From an uncultured virus (IMG/VR IMGVR_UViG_3300027832_000015) (Duplodnaviria > Heunggongvirae > Uroviricota > Caudoviricetes): 64,000 nt of DNA. The DNA lies in the IMG/VR virus record IMGVR_UViG_3300027832_000015; one strand, 5' to 3'. Position 1 is the first letter of the stretch. Each line of letters starts with the position of its first letter. A program made the position numbers and the translations under genes. The notes beneath the pieces are model-generated. The model was not told the origin of the DNA and did not search any database. It saw only the letters and a program-made list of their open reading frames with translations. Shown here piece by piece: positions 18,001 to 28,500 of this stretch.

Positions 18001-19998
18001 TGTGATGCGTCCACGAACGGTTTCGTCTTCTCCGGGTAGTTGTGCGTCCCAGCCGGTGCGGCGACGGGCTGGTGTGTAATTGTTTGCGTTCTGCAAAATT
18101 TCGCCGGGGAATTCGCCGTAGAACTCTCGCACGTTTTCGAGAACTTCGTCGAAAACCATTTCCGTTTCATCGGGGTCAAACCCGTCGCGCTCAGCCGTAC
18201 GCCGCATGTAGTCGACGTTACGGTTGTGTGGGAAGATGTTGTCTGACTCACGTTGCTGCGTTGACCGTCTTCCTCGTAGGTCGCGTTGGAGTGCTCGCTG
18301 GCGACGAAGTTCGTCGGCGACAACCATTCCGTCGCGATAGTCGCCATCAAAATTATTGTCAACCCACTTTTCCCACTTTTGTGGAAACCATTGGTTTTCT
18401 ATTTCGGTGGACGGGTCGATGCCGAGTTCGTCTCTAAGTTCTGCGAGGCGTTCATCCGTGGCGCTAATGTACGCGTCCATCTCTTCGGGGGCTATGTCGT
18501 CAAGTGTGCGACGGCTACGAAGACCCGAGTACAGCTGGGCAATTTGGTCGTCGTCGAATCCAAGTTCGCGGAGACGCTCCTCGCGTCGATCCGCCATCCG
18601 CTTTATCCGTTCGGGGTCCTCAGGGATGATGTTGCCCTTAGAGTCTCGCTTGACTTGCCCGTCTGAGCGGGATAGGCGCTGTGAGCGCATACCGCCCGCC
18701 AGCAGCGGTTGCTCCCTGACCCACCGCTCCAACTCCGCGCCTGTCAGCAGCGGCCTATTTGGGTCCCTTGCCTCATCCGCTTCCATTTCCGCTAGCGATC
18801 GTCGAATTCCGGCGGCGGCGGCGGCGGCGAGCTTCTCGATCTCGTCGAACGGGAGGTCACCGGGGAGGTTGTCCCCGTACTTCTCGGGGAGTCCGAGATT
18901 TGTCGGGTCGTCCCTGCGCCTCCGCGCCGTCTCCGCTCTCACCCCGGCGCCTCTGCGGGCCTCTTGTTCGGCTGTCAGACCGAGGCTGCCGATTTTACCA
19001 TCATCCCGTTGGCGCCGTTCGGAGCGACGGCCCTGAATCGATGAGCCATCAATGCGGCGAACCAAACTCGACTGATCCCCAAGCAGCTCCCGCAAGCGGT
19101 TCTCGTCGAGGGCCGCGGCCGGATTCCCGGCACGACGCTCCTTTTCGATTTCCATTGAATCGCCGTCAACAAGGGCGGAGACCCGTCGAGCCATATTCTT
19201 TGGGACAGTGAACCGTGGGATGATTGGACGTTCCATTCCGGGCACGCCCTCAAATACGATCCCGTCACTGTCCCCATCGACCCGTCCGGTGATGTCAACG
19301 AAAGACATTCCTCGCGGTGCGGAACGAAGACCGCCTCCAACTTTTGGTCCAAGCGCTTTGACCTCTGGTTCGAATGGGCTCAGGCTGTATCCGCCGTGAT
19401 TTAGGAGGGACTCAGATTTTGCTTTGAGTACTTCCTTGACTGTGCGGCGAAGAATCCCTGTTCCGTTCGCCATATTGGAAAGATCGCTACCTAGGTGCGG
19501 GTTATTGTCCCTCGACTTGAATCGCATTCCCTTGGTCTCGATTCCGAGACCATCAACCCGAACCTTGGCCATAACCGACGAACGTGCGGTTTCGTTGAGC
19601 AGCGAGCGGACCTTGAATTCGACTGCGGTTTGGAAATGCTCGTCAGGGAAGAACGAGAGAGGGACGCCCGACATGTCGAGAATTTTGGTGTTCGCCCGAG
19701 TTTTAAATGAAGCCACGTGGACCATGTCATCTCGGTTTGGGAGCCTGACATCGAGATTCCCATCGATCATTTCGGCAAGAAGAGGCTCTTCCGACGCCGA
19801 CAAGCCTCGGAAGGCGCCGACTTCGATCCCGTATGGGAGTTCGTCTTCGATGCTTTTTGTTTGGATGTCGTTATACGCTTCCGCCCATGCTTCGCCTTTC
19901 GCCGAAAGGCCATAACAGGTTTCAGCAACTTCATCTCGAACGACTAAGCCAAACAGCTTTCCCGAAATTTTGTCTTTTACGATTGCGTACTGTTTCAC
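15097..19998 (-). CDS. giant modular head-operon protein with C-terminal ADP-ribosyltransferase-like domain
   Basis: 1633 aa; DGDSDG box, several G[LM]RS linkers, C-terminal IHRG...YGVGEYWA...GYDYV...EVVLVHNR. Confidence 0.72.
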   Translation of the reverse strand: MKQYAIVKDKISGKLFGLVVRDEVAETCYGLSAKGEAWAEAYNDIQTKSIEDELPYGIEVGAFRGLSASEEPLLAEMIDGNLDVRLPNRDDMVHVASFKTRANTKILDMSGVPLSFFPDEHFQTAVEFKVRSLLNETARSSVMAKVRVDGLGIETKGMRFKSRDNNPHLGSDLSNMANGTGILRRTVKEVLKAKSESLLNHGGYSLSPFEPEVKALGPKVGGGLRSAPRGMSFVDITGRVDGDSDGIVFEGVPGMERPIIPRFTVPKNMARRVSALVDGDSMEIEKERRAGNPAAALDENRLRELLGDQSSLVRRIDGSSIQGRRSERRQRDDGKIGSLGLTAEQEARRGAGVRAETARRRRDDPTNLGLPEKYGDNLPGDLPFDEIEKLAAAAAAGIRRSLAEMEADEARDPNRPLLTGAELERWVREQPLLAGGMRSQRLSRSDGQVKRDSKGNIIPEDPERIKRMADRREERLRELGFDDDQIAQLYSGLRSRRTLDDIAPEEMDAYISATDERLAELRDELGIDPSTEIENQWFPQKWEKWVDNNFDGDYRDGMVVADELRRQRALQRDLRGRRSTQQRESDNIFPHNRNVDYMRRTAERDGFDPDETEMVFDEVLENVREFYGEFPGEILQNANNYTPARRRTGWDAQLPGEDETVRGRITKGPLKGARYEYFREASWGNRGDYGGGHHSLFVETPSGNTYEFGGGVEDSLGLESIRKSKGMRPSKERATGKEVRELLDGVDVNFGGYAQMNNGISSAVVEAATVLDGKGVYGSNAEFMGRLRAALRQLELDGPLDGMSNSDRSSLSQILNDTLDTLTERRSSSISGLQSRRGPKKPKAPKSPKNPTSGNPSNVSSEKLPKITDTSNKRTVELYFGLNGEAKRPQHKRIEAGDQNFFKMLEANGFVLHDAGGNGSVIIVPDRLYDWTKKQGTDVTSTWPGPNSPKFEEKIGVGILFRGTHWNPRKPLKHDVERWIRRIWGSDAIVDLERNAKKNGKDRGVGKVGKVDSIPPKDPSGNGMRSARQAAPRFSPDRGIDRADRQAAQMDVTATRGLGGGMRSRKKRGGVAGITKVNDRDGQVWGNLNDAQKASVRDAARAREGALFYDLTKNGPLDGARQNMLDDGLYTVGMTPDEMRQIVPENDLLETLQSALDSSLGDGEITPEVYASKRKQLDDIKTLAEMRLRGDYSMLEHLHDTTQKRVMTDARKENKDVPTAASVGLGQESTFYNDERSSSASAVGGAISERAAKKAGKRRRDFADRIMQPDADREQRRQNRRMRRNSLLGRTATQSDIAATEKARRKLARLLRRARRKLRGERTEKSIRKLFEDRRQKTPLARDAGGKPKVDDNFIDFLAFVQTRIIGRDKGEIDKETFDDLLLNLWENGEMNGKPVLLSENEFETLIDAGWTPIHRGVGRENSKALGYINSYKEDDDRFIPGQGARAYGVGEYWASEKSSHWGAYGTGMVGFVDPDGNGIDSKDLNDIQNDHKKLAREVESLISEQGTDVLKNEDPANAAAAITKRLKEAETRLGVAGLLEQSDMGRIYDQWIDQYSKLKPDDPRREPMWDALGYMQSLSAHDAGYYAPMLGYDYVDHGEVVLVHNRGTVAVLDISQPIDGIEARVMIKAARG

Positions 19999-21953
19999 TT
20001 TTTACCTCCAAGCGCGATTACAATTTGTTCACGCTGGTTTTGAAGAATATCGATTCTATTTTCTACAATAGTCGAAACAATATTCAGGTGGGTTTTCTCG
20101 GCGGTACTCAACGACCCATCCGAATAGAGCCGATTCCGGTATCGCGTGAAACTAAACTTTCGCGCTTTTTCCAAAAGTTGAAATACTTGCTGCTGCATCT
20201 GACGTTTTTGCGACTCCTTCAACTCTCTATAATACTTGCTGTACACGCCTTCAATATTGACCGATTGAAACTTTCGTATGCGGGCTTTTGTTCTCTCGCT
20301 GATTTTGATTTCATCCAAATCGTAAAGTTCCGACTGAGCAAACAGTGGAACAGCAGTAGCCGTGTCGCCCTTTTTGAGAATGGCGATCGAATTTAGTTTC
20401 CGATTGGTAACGTCAGAAAGTAGGTCTGCGACCAGAAGTGCTGCCACTTGGTTCGTGTCAATGTCAGAAAGCGCAATATCTGTTGTCAGTTTGGAGCCAT
20501 CTACGACCGACTCTGGCGACTCGATCAACAGATTTTTCTTTGCCCCAGTGCCGGTAATCCCGTAGTCGGGTGTATCGATGCCCAAAAACTTCTGCACTTC
20601 AGCGGAAAACCCGTGATTAATATGATCGTTGGGACGTGTCGACTTGCGAAGAGCGTAAGACTTTCCTGATGTCGAGGTGTACAGATTCCCTTCTCTCTTG
20701 AAGATATTTGCTTCGCGAAGTGCTGCCTGCAGGATCGACGGACTGATTTGCGAAAGAGGCCCACCTTTTTTGATGATTGCAGCAGCTTGGCTTACATCTG
20801 TCACATCGTCCGTCGGCGAAGCAGGCTTCTTGGAGGCAGCCGTCTTTGGCTTTTTTGCTTTCTTGAACATGTCCCCGATAGTTTTACCTGTGGGGAGTTT
20901 CTCCGTGTAGGACATCCCGTCGCCGGTTTCTTCAACTAGGTATTTTAGTCGCGCTGCCGGGTCTGAACTGTTGTCTGTTTTGATTGCCTTGTTTACTGTT
21001 CGACCAAGTTTTCGACGTTCACCAACAGTAAGTTTTCGAACCTTTTTGATTTCGACGACCCCACCGTTGTTCAGGACATACGTCACGTTGGTTACACCAG
21101 TATTCGACATCAGGCCAAGTTCTTCCCCACCGAAATTGTCGACCGACTGCAACCGCATGACATAGGTTGCATCCTCCATGTCACGGTTGTCTGGAATTGT
21201 TCGTAGAACCGCGCTACTCACAACTGGTTCCAGAACGAAACTGTCTCGTCGGACAAGGCGAACAGCGTCTCCATCAACTTTGCTCATCCCTTTGATGATT
21301 TCGCCAACCGCCTTATCGCGGGCGACCGCATTCGTTTTTGGCGAGACCCGAGGAATTTGTGGACGTCGAACCGTCGTTACATTGCCCACGCCCGGGGAGC
21401 CAGTGATTGGATCGCCCTCAACGGTGTCGACTTGCATAGCACGCGGACCCCTGAGCGCCCTGCGAATGGCGGAAATTGCCCGACCGAGCGGTCCGGGAAG
21501 ACCGAACAGTTTTGCTCCACACGTCGACAAACGGTTATCGGTGAAACGGCCACCATACTGGTATCCCTCTGGACATCTGCTTGTTCCGTTGCCGGGAGAC
21601 CTGCGCCGTCTCCCACCCCCGCCGCCGGGAGTAAGTGCCCGCGCGATTCCGGAGCGAATGGGGCTCCTGTAGGGGGAAATGTTTCCCGGAAGGATTGCTG
21701 ATCCGACCGACTGGGCGGCCTGTCCGGCCCGGCTACTTGACCCGATGAGCCCAACGCGCTTTACTCGGTAGTTGCCATTGCGGACCGAAAGACCCTTGTA
21801 CTCGATGACTTCTTCTAGTCGGGCGCCGACTCCACGCAGATACGGCGTGTTGACTTTCGTGTTCAGATCGACCAGTATCACCCTTTTCACGCTGATGGCT
21901 GGACACGCCTCGCATCCTGTTTCTTTGTCGTACAAGAATGACTCAACCATCAT
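19995..21953 (-). CDS. head-operon protein with RCPxG box and C-terminal HipA/PI3-4-kinase-like (probably inactive) domain
   Basis: ~652 aa; RCPEGYQYGGRFTD; SAEVQKFLGIDTP...ADLLSDVTNRKLNS. Confidence 0.62.
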   Translation of the reverse strand: MMVESFLYDKETGCEACPAISVKRVILVDLNTKVNTPYLRGVGARLEEVIEYKGLSVRNGNYRVKRVGLIGSSSRAGQAAQSVGSAILPGNISPYRSPIRSGIARALTPGGGGGRRRRSPGNGTSRCPEGYQYGGRFTDNRLSTCGAKLFGLPGPLGRAISAIRRALRGPRAMQVDTVEGDPITGSPGVGNVTTVRRPQIPRVSPKTNAVARDKAVGEIIKGMSKVDGDAVRLVRRDSFVLEPVVSSAVLRTIPDNRDMEDATYVMRLQSVDNFGGEELGLMSNTGVTNVTYVLNNGGVVEIKKVRKLTVGERRKLGRTVNKAIKTDNSSDPAARLKYLVEETGDGMSYTEKLPTGKTIGDMFKKAKKPKTAASKKPASPTDDVTDVSQAAAIIKKGGPLSQISPSILQAALREANIFKREGNLYTSTSGKSYALRKSTRPNDHINHGFSAEVQKFLGIDTPDYGITGTGAKKNLLIESPESVVDGSKLTTDIALSDIDTNQVAALLVADLLSDVTNRKLNSIAILKKGDTATAVPLFAQSELYDLDEIKISERTKARIRKFQSVNIEGVYSKYYRELKESQKRQMQQQVFQLLEKARKFSFTRYRNRLYSDGSLSTAEKTHLNIVSTIVENRIDILQNQREQIVIALGGKK

Positions 21954-22600
21954 GCGCACTCTCTGCAGTCGTCGTCTCGCGTGAACTCGTTTACGAGTTT
22001 TGTTCCATCAGACATCTCGACCTCAAGTTCCCAGTTATCGTAATCGCGGAGATAGTTGGCAAAGGTTGGCTCCATTGCGACAAAGTCGGTTAGCACAGAA
22101 AATGCATGCTTGTAATCCATTTCGGTTACGACAGGTGGAATACCGTCGTCGAATCCAAGGCTTTTCATTTCTTGAAAATCGCTAAAGAAGACATCATCGC
22201 TGTCTTCCCAGTATCCTTCGAGAGACTTCTTGCCCTTTTTGAACCGTTTCTTCATCCTGCGATTGAAGTCGCCGTCGCTCCAATTCTTCAGTTTCTTGAG
22301 TTTCCCTTTACAGTTCTTCATGGTTGGATGGTGGCAGCCTTCATTCGGCCACAAACCAGTAGTTTCATGATGAAGCCAAGCGCATATTCTGCTCAACGGA
22401 TACAACTCCGGATGGTTCTTCAGGATTACCCTGCAGCGCGTGAAGCCTCCCGGCTTCCTCATGATTGGGCGCCAGTAGCGAAGAAGTCGCTCTAGGTTGC
22501 CGCGTCTTGGTCCACGTCCGCGAAGGACGTCGCCAGTGATACGCTCCTGAGGGAGGTCCAAAAGTATATCTTGAATTGCTTTGATCTCTAGATCAATCAT
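21950..22600 (-). CDS. conserved phage head-associated protein
   Basis: 216 aa; GNLERLLRYW...GGFTRC...CAWLHHETTGLWP, a motif I recognise from actinophage head-gene regions. Confidence 0.65.
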   Translation of the reverse strand: MIDLEIKAIQDILLDLPQERITGDVLRGRGPRRGNLERLLRYWRPIMRKPGGFTRCRVILKNHPELYPLSRICAWLHHETTGLWPNEGCHHPTMKNCKGKLKKLKNWSDGDFNRRMKKRFKKGKKSLEGYWEDSDDVFFSDFQEMKSLGFDDGIPPVVTEMDYKHAFSVLTDFVAMEPTFANYLRDYDNWELEVEMSDGTKLVNEFTRDDDCRECA

Positions 22601-22617
22601 GATACCTACAGTTTAGT

Positions 22618-23019
22618 TTATTCAGTGCCTTCTTCGGCGTTGGAACCCGAAGTCAACCGCTTGTGCCGCTCTTGTGATGCAATGCGTTCTTCGAGGGATC
22701 GAGTTGCTATAAGTTTTTTTGGGCGCTGCGATTTAGGTACATTTAGAAAACCGTACCTGAAACTGTTCCAAATCTGCTCATCTGTCTCGTCCCTGAATAG
22801 ATTGGTATGAGAAGTGTAAGAAATGTTGTAATCGTTATACATTTCTCGAATCAGAGTTATACGTTTTTCTGTATGCGGATCGCTACCAAACTCAATTTTG
22901 CGGAAAGCACCAATAATTTGGTCGCGCGACAAAACCTTTTCGGCCTGCGATCGGGTCACGCCAAGCACTTTTTCCACTTTCTCGTTCCAGTCAATTAACC
23001 ACTTTGGTTCTGAACCCAT
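22618..23019 (-). CDS. small protein, candidate immunity protein
   Basis: 133 aa, 7 bp downstream of the HExxH peptidase gene; function inferred from position. Confidence 0.6.
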   Translation of the reverse strand: MGSEPKWLIDWNEKVEKVLGVTRSQAEKVLSRDQIIGAFRKIEFGSDPHTEKRITLIREMYNDYNISYTSHTNLFRDETDEQIWNSFRYGFLNVPKSQRPKKLIATRSLEERIASQERHKRLTSGSNAEEGTE

Positions 23020-23026
23020 AAAATCC

Positions 23027-25525
23027 TCAATTAATCCTCATGTCGGCGTCCGGGAAAAGCCACTTCTGTACCTTCGCTACCACCGCCAGCTCTTCGTCGT
23101 TCAGGCCGCGGGTGCTATCTCCCCACTTAATAAATATTTCGTTGCCAAGAGCGTTCGCTGCCCCAAGTTCAGCAAACAACTCCATGTCATGAAAGTCAAA
23201 CAATATATCCGCGTCGCGGGCTATGTGCGCAGCCATATAGCTGGCCCATGGACCTTGTGATCCAAGTTTTGCGATCATTCGAACGAGTTCCCGCTCCCGT
23301 TCTGTCAGGTCATCGAAACGTTTTGTCCCAGCAAAGAATTGTTCGAGCAATGCGCGTAGCGCTGCTAGGTCGCCTATGCTCATCTTTCCCTGTAGATCAC
23401 TTAGGATGATCGCCAGATCGTCGTACGCCGCTTTGGTAAGAGCTTCTCGAACGTTGATCGAACCGAGGCTGGAATCCAGAAGTTGCCGAACCGTAATGGC
23501 ACCATCTGTTCCGGGTACCCGAAGTGGCCTAACGGTGTCAACTTCTCCCCGCTGTTTGGCCATGTCGCCGAGTCGTATCATTGCTTCGACGATTGGCTTT
23601 ACATCCTCAGCGGTAACAGCTGGCGTATCCTTGGTTTTGGGCAGGCCATGTTCGAGCATCAACGCCAAGTCGGGCACGGGGATTGGGGTCCCGTCCGAGA
23701 GTTTTAGGATTGGTGCAACGACCCTGCCATTCCATGGCGTCTTACTCATGTAAGACATTGGGGTTGAAAATAACTCGCTATTTTGACCCACCAGTTTAGC
23801 GAAAAACATTTGGTGGATTTGATCCCACGCGATTGGATCGCCAGCCTTCCACGAGTGGCCAGTTGGGTTGGGGAAAACCCGACGACCCAGTGCGTTAAAA
23901 AAGTCTGCGATCCCCTGCGACGCTCCAATTTTCTGACCGCTCCCATCGGCTTTCGCGATCGGATTGTTCCAGAGGCCATCGAGGCGGGGATTCTCGGAGT
24001 CCATCCCGGCCAACAAATGCTGCATAACGGCGTAATCCCCATACTTTCGCACCAATATTTGTTCTCTGAGCGCCCGTTTTACTTCCGTGTCCGACATCGA
24101 TTTTTCGATATGTTCTTTTACTCTGTTGTGTACGTCTAGAACGGTTAGTCCTTCATCTCGATCGAAGCCCGCAGCAGAAAGAGCGTCATCCATCGACATT
24201 GTCATGTGGGCAACGTGCGTCATTTCATGACTGGTGATAGCGCGTTGAGCCATAGCCCGGGCCTCCTGCCATGCTTGCACCGATTCAGCGTCGCCGAAGT
24301 CGCCGGGAGTGTCTTCCAGCATGGTGAAAAACATTTTGTTTACTTCCAACTGGAAATTGCCGAAATCATCCAAATTCCCGCGTTTGTCGTAACTCGTCTC
24401 CTCTTGATATTTTACCTTAAACATCATCGATGGTGTGTCATCGGGTCCGACCGGGACGAAGTCGAAGCCATTGGTGAATTTCGCGAGCCTCTGCCTTCCC
24501 TTATACTCGATCGATCCATCGGCGGTATTGAATCCGGGCTGATTTAGACTATAAGCGGAAATGTCGAATCTCATGTCGTTGAGTCGCTGGTTCCAACTCA
24601 ATGCCAACATGAAGCCCATCGCGTGCTCGTAATGCGCTGGAAGAAGCTCATTATTGGCTAACTTGTCAGCAAAATAGTCTGCTTTTGAAACTCCGCTAAT
24701 AAAGTTTGGGTGCGCTTGGTTCATCGCTGAACGAAGGTCTCCGTACGTTTTGATTGGTTTTCCGCCATGGAACATGTCGAGAACGCGCTTCGTATCCTTC
24801 TCGTAAATGTTACTGTAATGCTCCTTTGATCGCTGCACCCAACGGTCACTCGGAGTACTAGGCAGATAATTCCGAATAGAGGCCATTCCGGTTACTTGCC
24901 GTGCCTCAATACGGTTTTGTGCCCGCCGAAACTTTTTTGCTCGCCTCACCTGACGAGAGGAAACGTCCGCAACCGCACCCGAAACGCGTCGAGCAAACTG
25001 TGTTCCCTCCTGCACGAAACCGTCACCGTCCGCATCTCCCGAATCGGGATCGAACGTTGCCCCACGAACGAAACCGCGAACGGCGCCCGTCGCCCGATCA
25101 CCAATGCGCCCTGCTCCGCGCCTAAGCGCCCGACCGAGGGCTTTCTCGTGATTGCCGCTGGACATCAGCGACTTCAACTCGCTCGCGCGCACTTCCTTTT
25201 CTTCGATGATCTCTTCTGCCGATTTCGAGTTTGTCTTGGGAAACTTTAAAATGGTTTCAGTTCCAGCCAGCATGCTGTCGGGGATTGGCTGCACTCGGCT
25301 TTCGATGATGTTCCGCCAACGATCATTAGGGGAATCGACACCAGACCACAGGAATTCGTGAAAATCTGACGTCAAGATGCGCTTTACCGGCTTGTGCGCG
25401 ATGAAGGATAAAAAATTTACGTTATGGGTTTTCCGTTCCTTGTCGACGAGCACACCATCTGACTCTCCATCGATAACAAAATAAAGTGTTCCTACACTGG
25501 TTCTACCTACGGGGATCGCTTTCAT
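23027..25525 (-). CDS. head-operon protein with DxDxDG box and zincin-like metallopeptidase domain
   Basis: 832 aa; DADGDGFVQEGT; HEMTH at 24229-24215 and distal ELFAE. Confidence 0.72.
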   Translation of the reverse strand: MKAIPVGRTSVGTLYFVIDGESDGVLVDKERKTHNVNFLSFIAHKPVKRILTSDFHEFLWSGVDSPNDRWRNIIESRVQPIPDSMLAGTETILKFPKTNSKSAEEIIEEKEVRASELKSLMSSGNHEKALGRALRRGAGRIGDRATGAVRGFVRGATFDPDSGDADGDGFVQEGTQFARRVSGAVADVSSRQVRRAKKFRRAQNRIEARQVTGMASIRNYLPSTPSDRWVQRSKEHYSNIYEKDTKRVLDMFHGGKPIKTYGDLRSAMNQAHPNFISGVSKADYFADKLANNELLPAHYEHAMGFMLALSWNQRLNDMRFDISAYSLNQPGFNTADGSIEYKGRQRLAKFTNGFDFVPVGPDDTPSMMFKVKYQEETSYDKRGNLDDFGNFQLEVNKMFFTMLEDTPGDFGDAESVQAWQEARAMAQRAITSHEMTHVAHMTMSMDDALSAAGFDRDEGLTVLDVHNRVKEHIEKSMSDTEVKRALREQILVRKYGDYAVMQHLLAGMDSENPRLDGLWNNPIAKADGSGQKIGASQGIADFFNALGRRVFPNPTGHSWKAGDPIAWDQIHQMFFAKLVGQNSELFSTPMSYMSKTPWNGRVVAPILKLSDGTPIPVPDLALMLEHGLPKTKDTPAVTAEDVKPIVEAMIRLGDMAKQRGEVDTVRPLRVPGTDGAITVRQLLDSSLGSINVREALTKAAYDDLAIILSDLQGKMSIGDLAALRALLEQFFAGTKRFDDLTERERELVRMIAKLGSQGPWASYMAAHIARDADILFDFHDMELFAELGAANALGNEIFIKWGDSTRGLNDEELAVVAKVQKWLFPDADMRIN

Positions 25526-28500
25526 TCGCCAACCTCACGTAATGCCGCTTCGTACACTGGGCTATGACTATCTAAGGATTTGGAACCACGCATGTTTCGC
25601 ATCCCCTGTTGAACGATGGGTCGGAGGGTGGCTTGGCGTGCGGAAACTTCATCGTCCAAGCGAACAAGCAGTGCTTCCTCGACGTTACGGACACGACCGA
25701 TTCGTGCGCCAGAATCCGTTGAGGAGGTGAGGTCTCTTCTACTGAAGAGATCGATGCCATCCGCGTTCGTGTACCTGACGTTTACGCCCGCACGATCAAA
25801 TCGAATCCGATCGGCATTTGCGGCGCGATGCTGGCGAAGCAGGTTTGCGCTTTTGATGTTTGGTAGGCGACCGTTTGAAAGCGACTCTAACAAGAAGTCG
25901 ATTTCTGCATCGGACCATCCTGCTCTTTTTAGATTCTGTGCGGTTCCGCTCGCTTGGAAGTCGATATCTCCGCGACGCAATTCGAGCCTCTTCCAGCCAA
26001 GGGAATCGATCGGAACATCAATCCGCTCGATGTCCGCAATGTCGAATCCGCCAGCGATTGCTGTTTCCATTGGAATGTCTGCCGAACCAAAACTTCTTGG
26101 AAGACGTGTCATCATCCCGTTTTGTTCGACTTCGGGCGGCATGTCACGCATCTGCACGCCACGAAAATCGCCGGTAAGTCCAGCGTGTAAAAGATTTCCC
26201 ATCCGTAAGGCTGTATCGCCTTCGCCTCGTCTAGAAACTGCCAACTGGGAAGCGTAGCGACGAGGGTCGGTGTCGTTCAGGCGGGTCATCGCGGCGGGAT
26301 CTCGGAGAATGTCGCCAAGAGCGTATGCCGACCTCATCGACACTTCCGGTCGGAGAACGATGTCTGACTCCCCATACGGGGAAAGAGGTCCATGTGGAGA
26401 GTCGCCACTGTGGTCGAAGAAGCCGGAGCGACGCAATGCGGGGAATCCGCCACGTCCGCTTCGCTCTAGGAGGTCGTCGACAATATTATCGTGTACGGCA
26501 TGGGTGGCGTGTCCAATGAGTGGTCGACTATCGGGTGGCGCACCCGTCGGCCAGCCATTGTTCCGTTCGAATTCGGCCATCATCATTGAACGATCCGCCC
26601 GCGTTGGACTTCCTGTTTCAAGCAGGTCATTCAACTCGTCGGAAGAAACGCGGCTGCGAACCCGGCGGTCAACGCCCTCATGCCATTGCTCTGCCGCCTC
26701 GGCAACCTTTTTGGTGACAGCGTCGCTTCCTGATCGCTCGATGAAATCGCGAGTTTCCGGCGTCATCGAAAATTCACGACCATCTGCGGTGCGTAGGTTG
26801 TCGCTGAGGTCGCCGTCTGCAAGTCTGTCGGCGGTGAGGATCATGCTTGTCGCGGTGGAGCGGTCGAGCGTCTGGTCGCGGGCCGAAAAGTCTGGGTTGA
26901 ACGGCTCGATGGAGTTGTCCGCAAAGCCTCGATCCATGTCATTGCGACGCTTGATCATTTTTGTTCGGACAGCAGAATCTTGGCTGAAGTGAGACCTGAC
27001 GTGACGGGGTTGTTCAACCTGCCGACCACGAAGGACTCTTTCTAGGTCAGAGCGTTCACGCATTTCGGCGACGCTTCCCGGATTGCCCCATTCGGACATG
27101 TCTCCGAGTAGCCGACCAGCGAAGTCGGAGGATGATTCCTGACGCGAAGGAATCATGGTTTGGACTCCGTCGACGTCTTCGACGACGTCGAACGAGCCGG
27201 GGGGCAGGGTGAGTTTAGAATTTTCTCCGTCCTCATTTTCGCGCCACATTCCACGCGATCCCTTCGGCACAACTATTTTTGTGCGGTTTCCGGAATTCGC
27301 GTAGTCGATGTTGCTTTCCTCGCGGGAAGAAACTACTTGCAGTTCTACGAAACCTCTGGACCTCTTTGACCGCAGTCCATCGAGTAGGAGTTGGAAACTC
27401 CGTCCGTCCTCCGCTTCGATGTAGGTGTCGATCGGGATCAGGTCGTCGCCGTCGTCAAATATGACGTATCCTTCAACAGTTTCAGATACTGGGTTCCGTT
27501 CCATCGCATCCAAAACAGGAAGAATGGTTTCGGCAATTTCTTTTGAAGGAGATGGATGTGGGCCAGTGTTGTCCACTTCCTGCCCGCGAACCTCTGCCGC
27601 TCGCTTAACCGCATCTTCGAGGTCGGTTCCACCATGAACGTAACTTTTGTTCCGTTCCTTTAGGTCTTTGGTCATTGCGGCTTGTTCGACATTGTTCATG
27701 GAGCGCATCGCTTCCATCGACTGCTCCGAACCGTGCCCTGCTGGATCCTCTGTCCACGATTTTGGCGCATCCGGGTAGCGTCCGGGAATGCTTTGTTCGG
27801 TTTGGATCATCGCCTGCCGATAGCGGTCATCGTCGTAAATTTCGTCGTCGTCGCCAGCATTCTTTTTGTAAGGCTTCTTCGACTTGCGGAAAATTTTTCC
27901 AGAATCGTTCCGTTCAAATTTGCTGGAACGTTCTTGCCTGATTTTATCGCTGGCGTTACGGCGTCGAGCATTCTCGTCGGCGATCTGCGCCATTCCCTTT
28001 GACGCCATCCACAGGCGTGCGGTGTCGTCGTCGTCTAATTGCTCTCCGGCGTCAATTCGTTCGAGCAGTTGATCGGCGTCAGTCTGTAAGACCTTAAATC
28101 TGCCATCTAGGCCGTCGGCGCCCAACTGACTGTAAGGGACGTCAGGCCATCCCCATGTTCTGGCAATTGATTTGCGTGGAATCTCTTGGTTGCCGCCTCT
28201 CTTGTCATCAGGTCGACCGCCGTGGCGGGCAATGAAGTAACGCTCCATGAGATCCCATGGTCCCTGAGTCGAAAGAATTTCTCCCGTTTCCTTATCAACC
28301 ATCCATGTAATTTCACTTGGAATGATGCTCAGTTCCGTGTCGTCCGGAACGGGTGAGCCCGGAGGGCTGTTCGGTGGATTCGTGGCAGGGATGTTGGGTG
28401 GGGTTGGCGGGGGTGTATTTCCCGGAGGTGCAGGCGACCATTTCGGAGGTCCGGATGGAGTTACGGGCGAGTTGATATCCGACTTCCCATTCATCCACTC

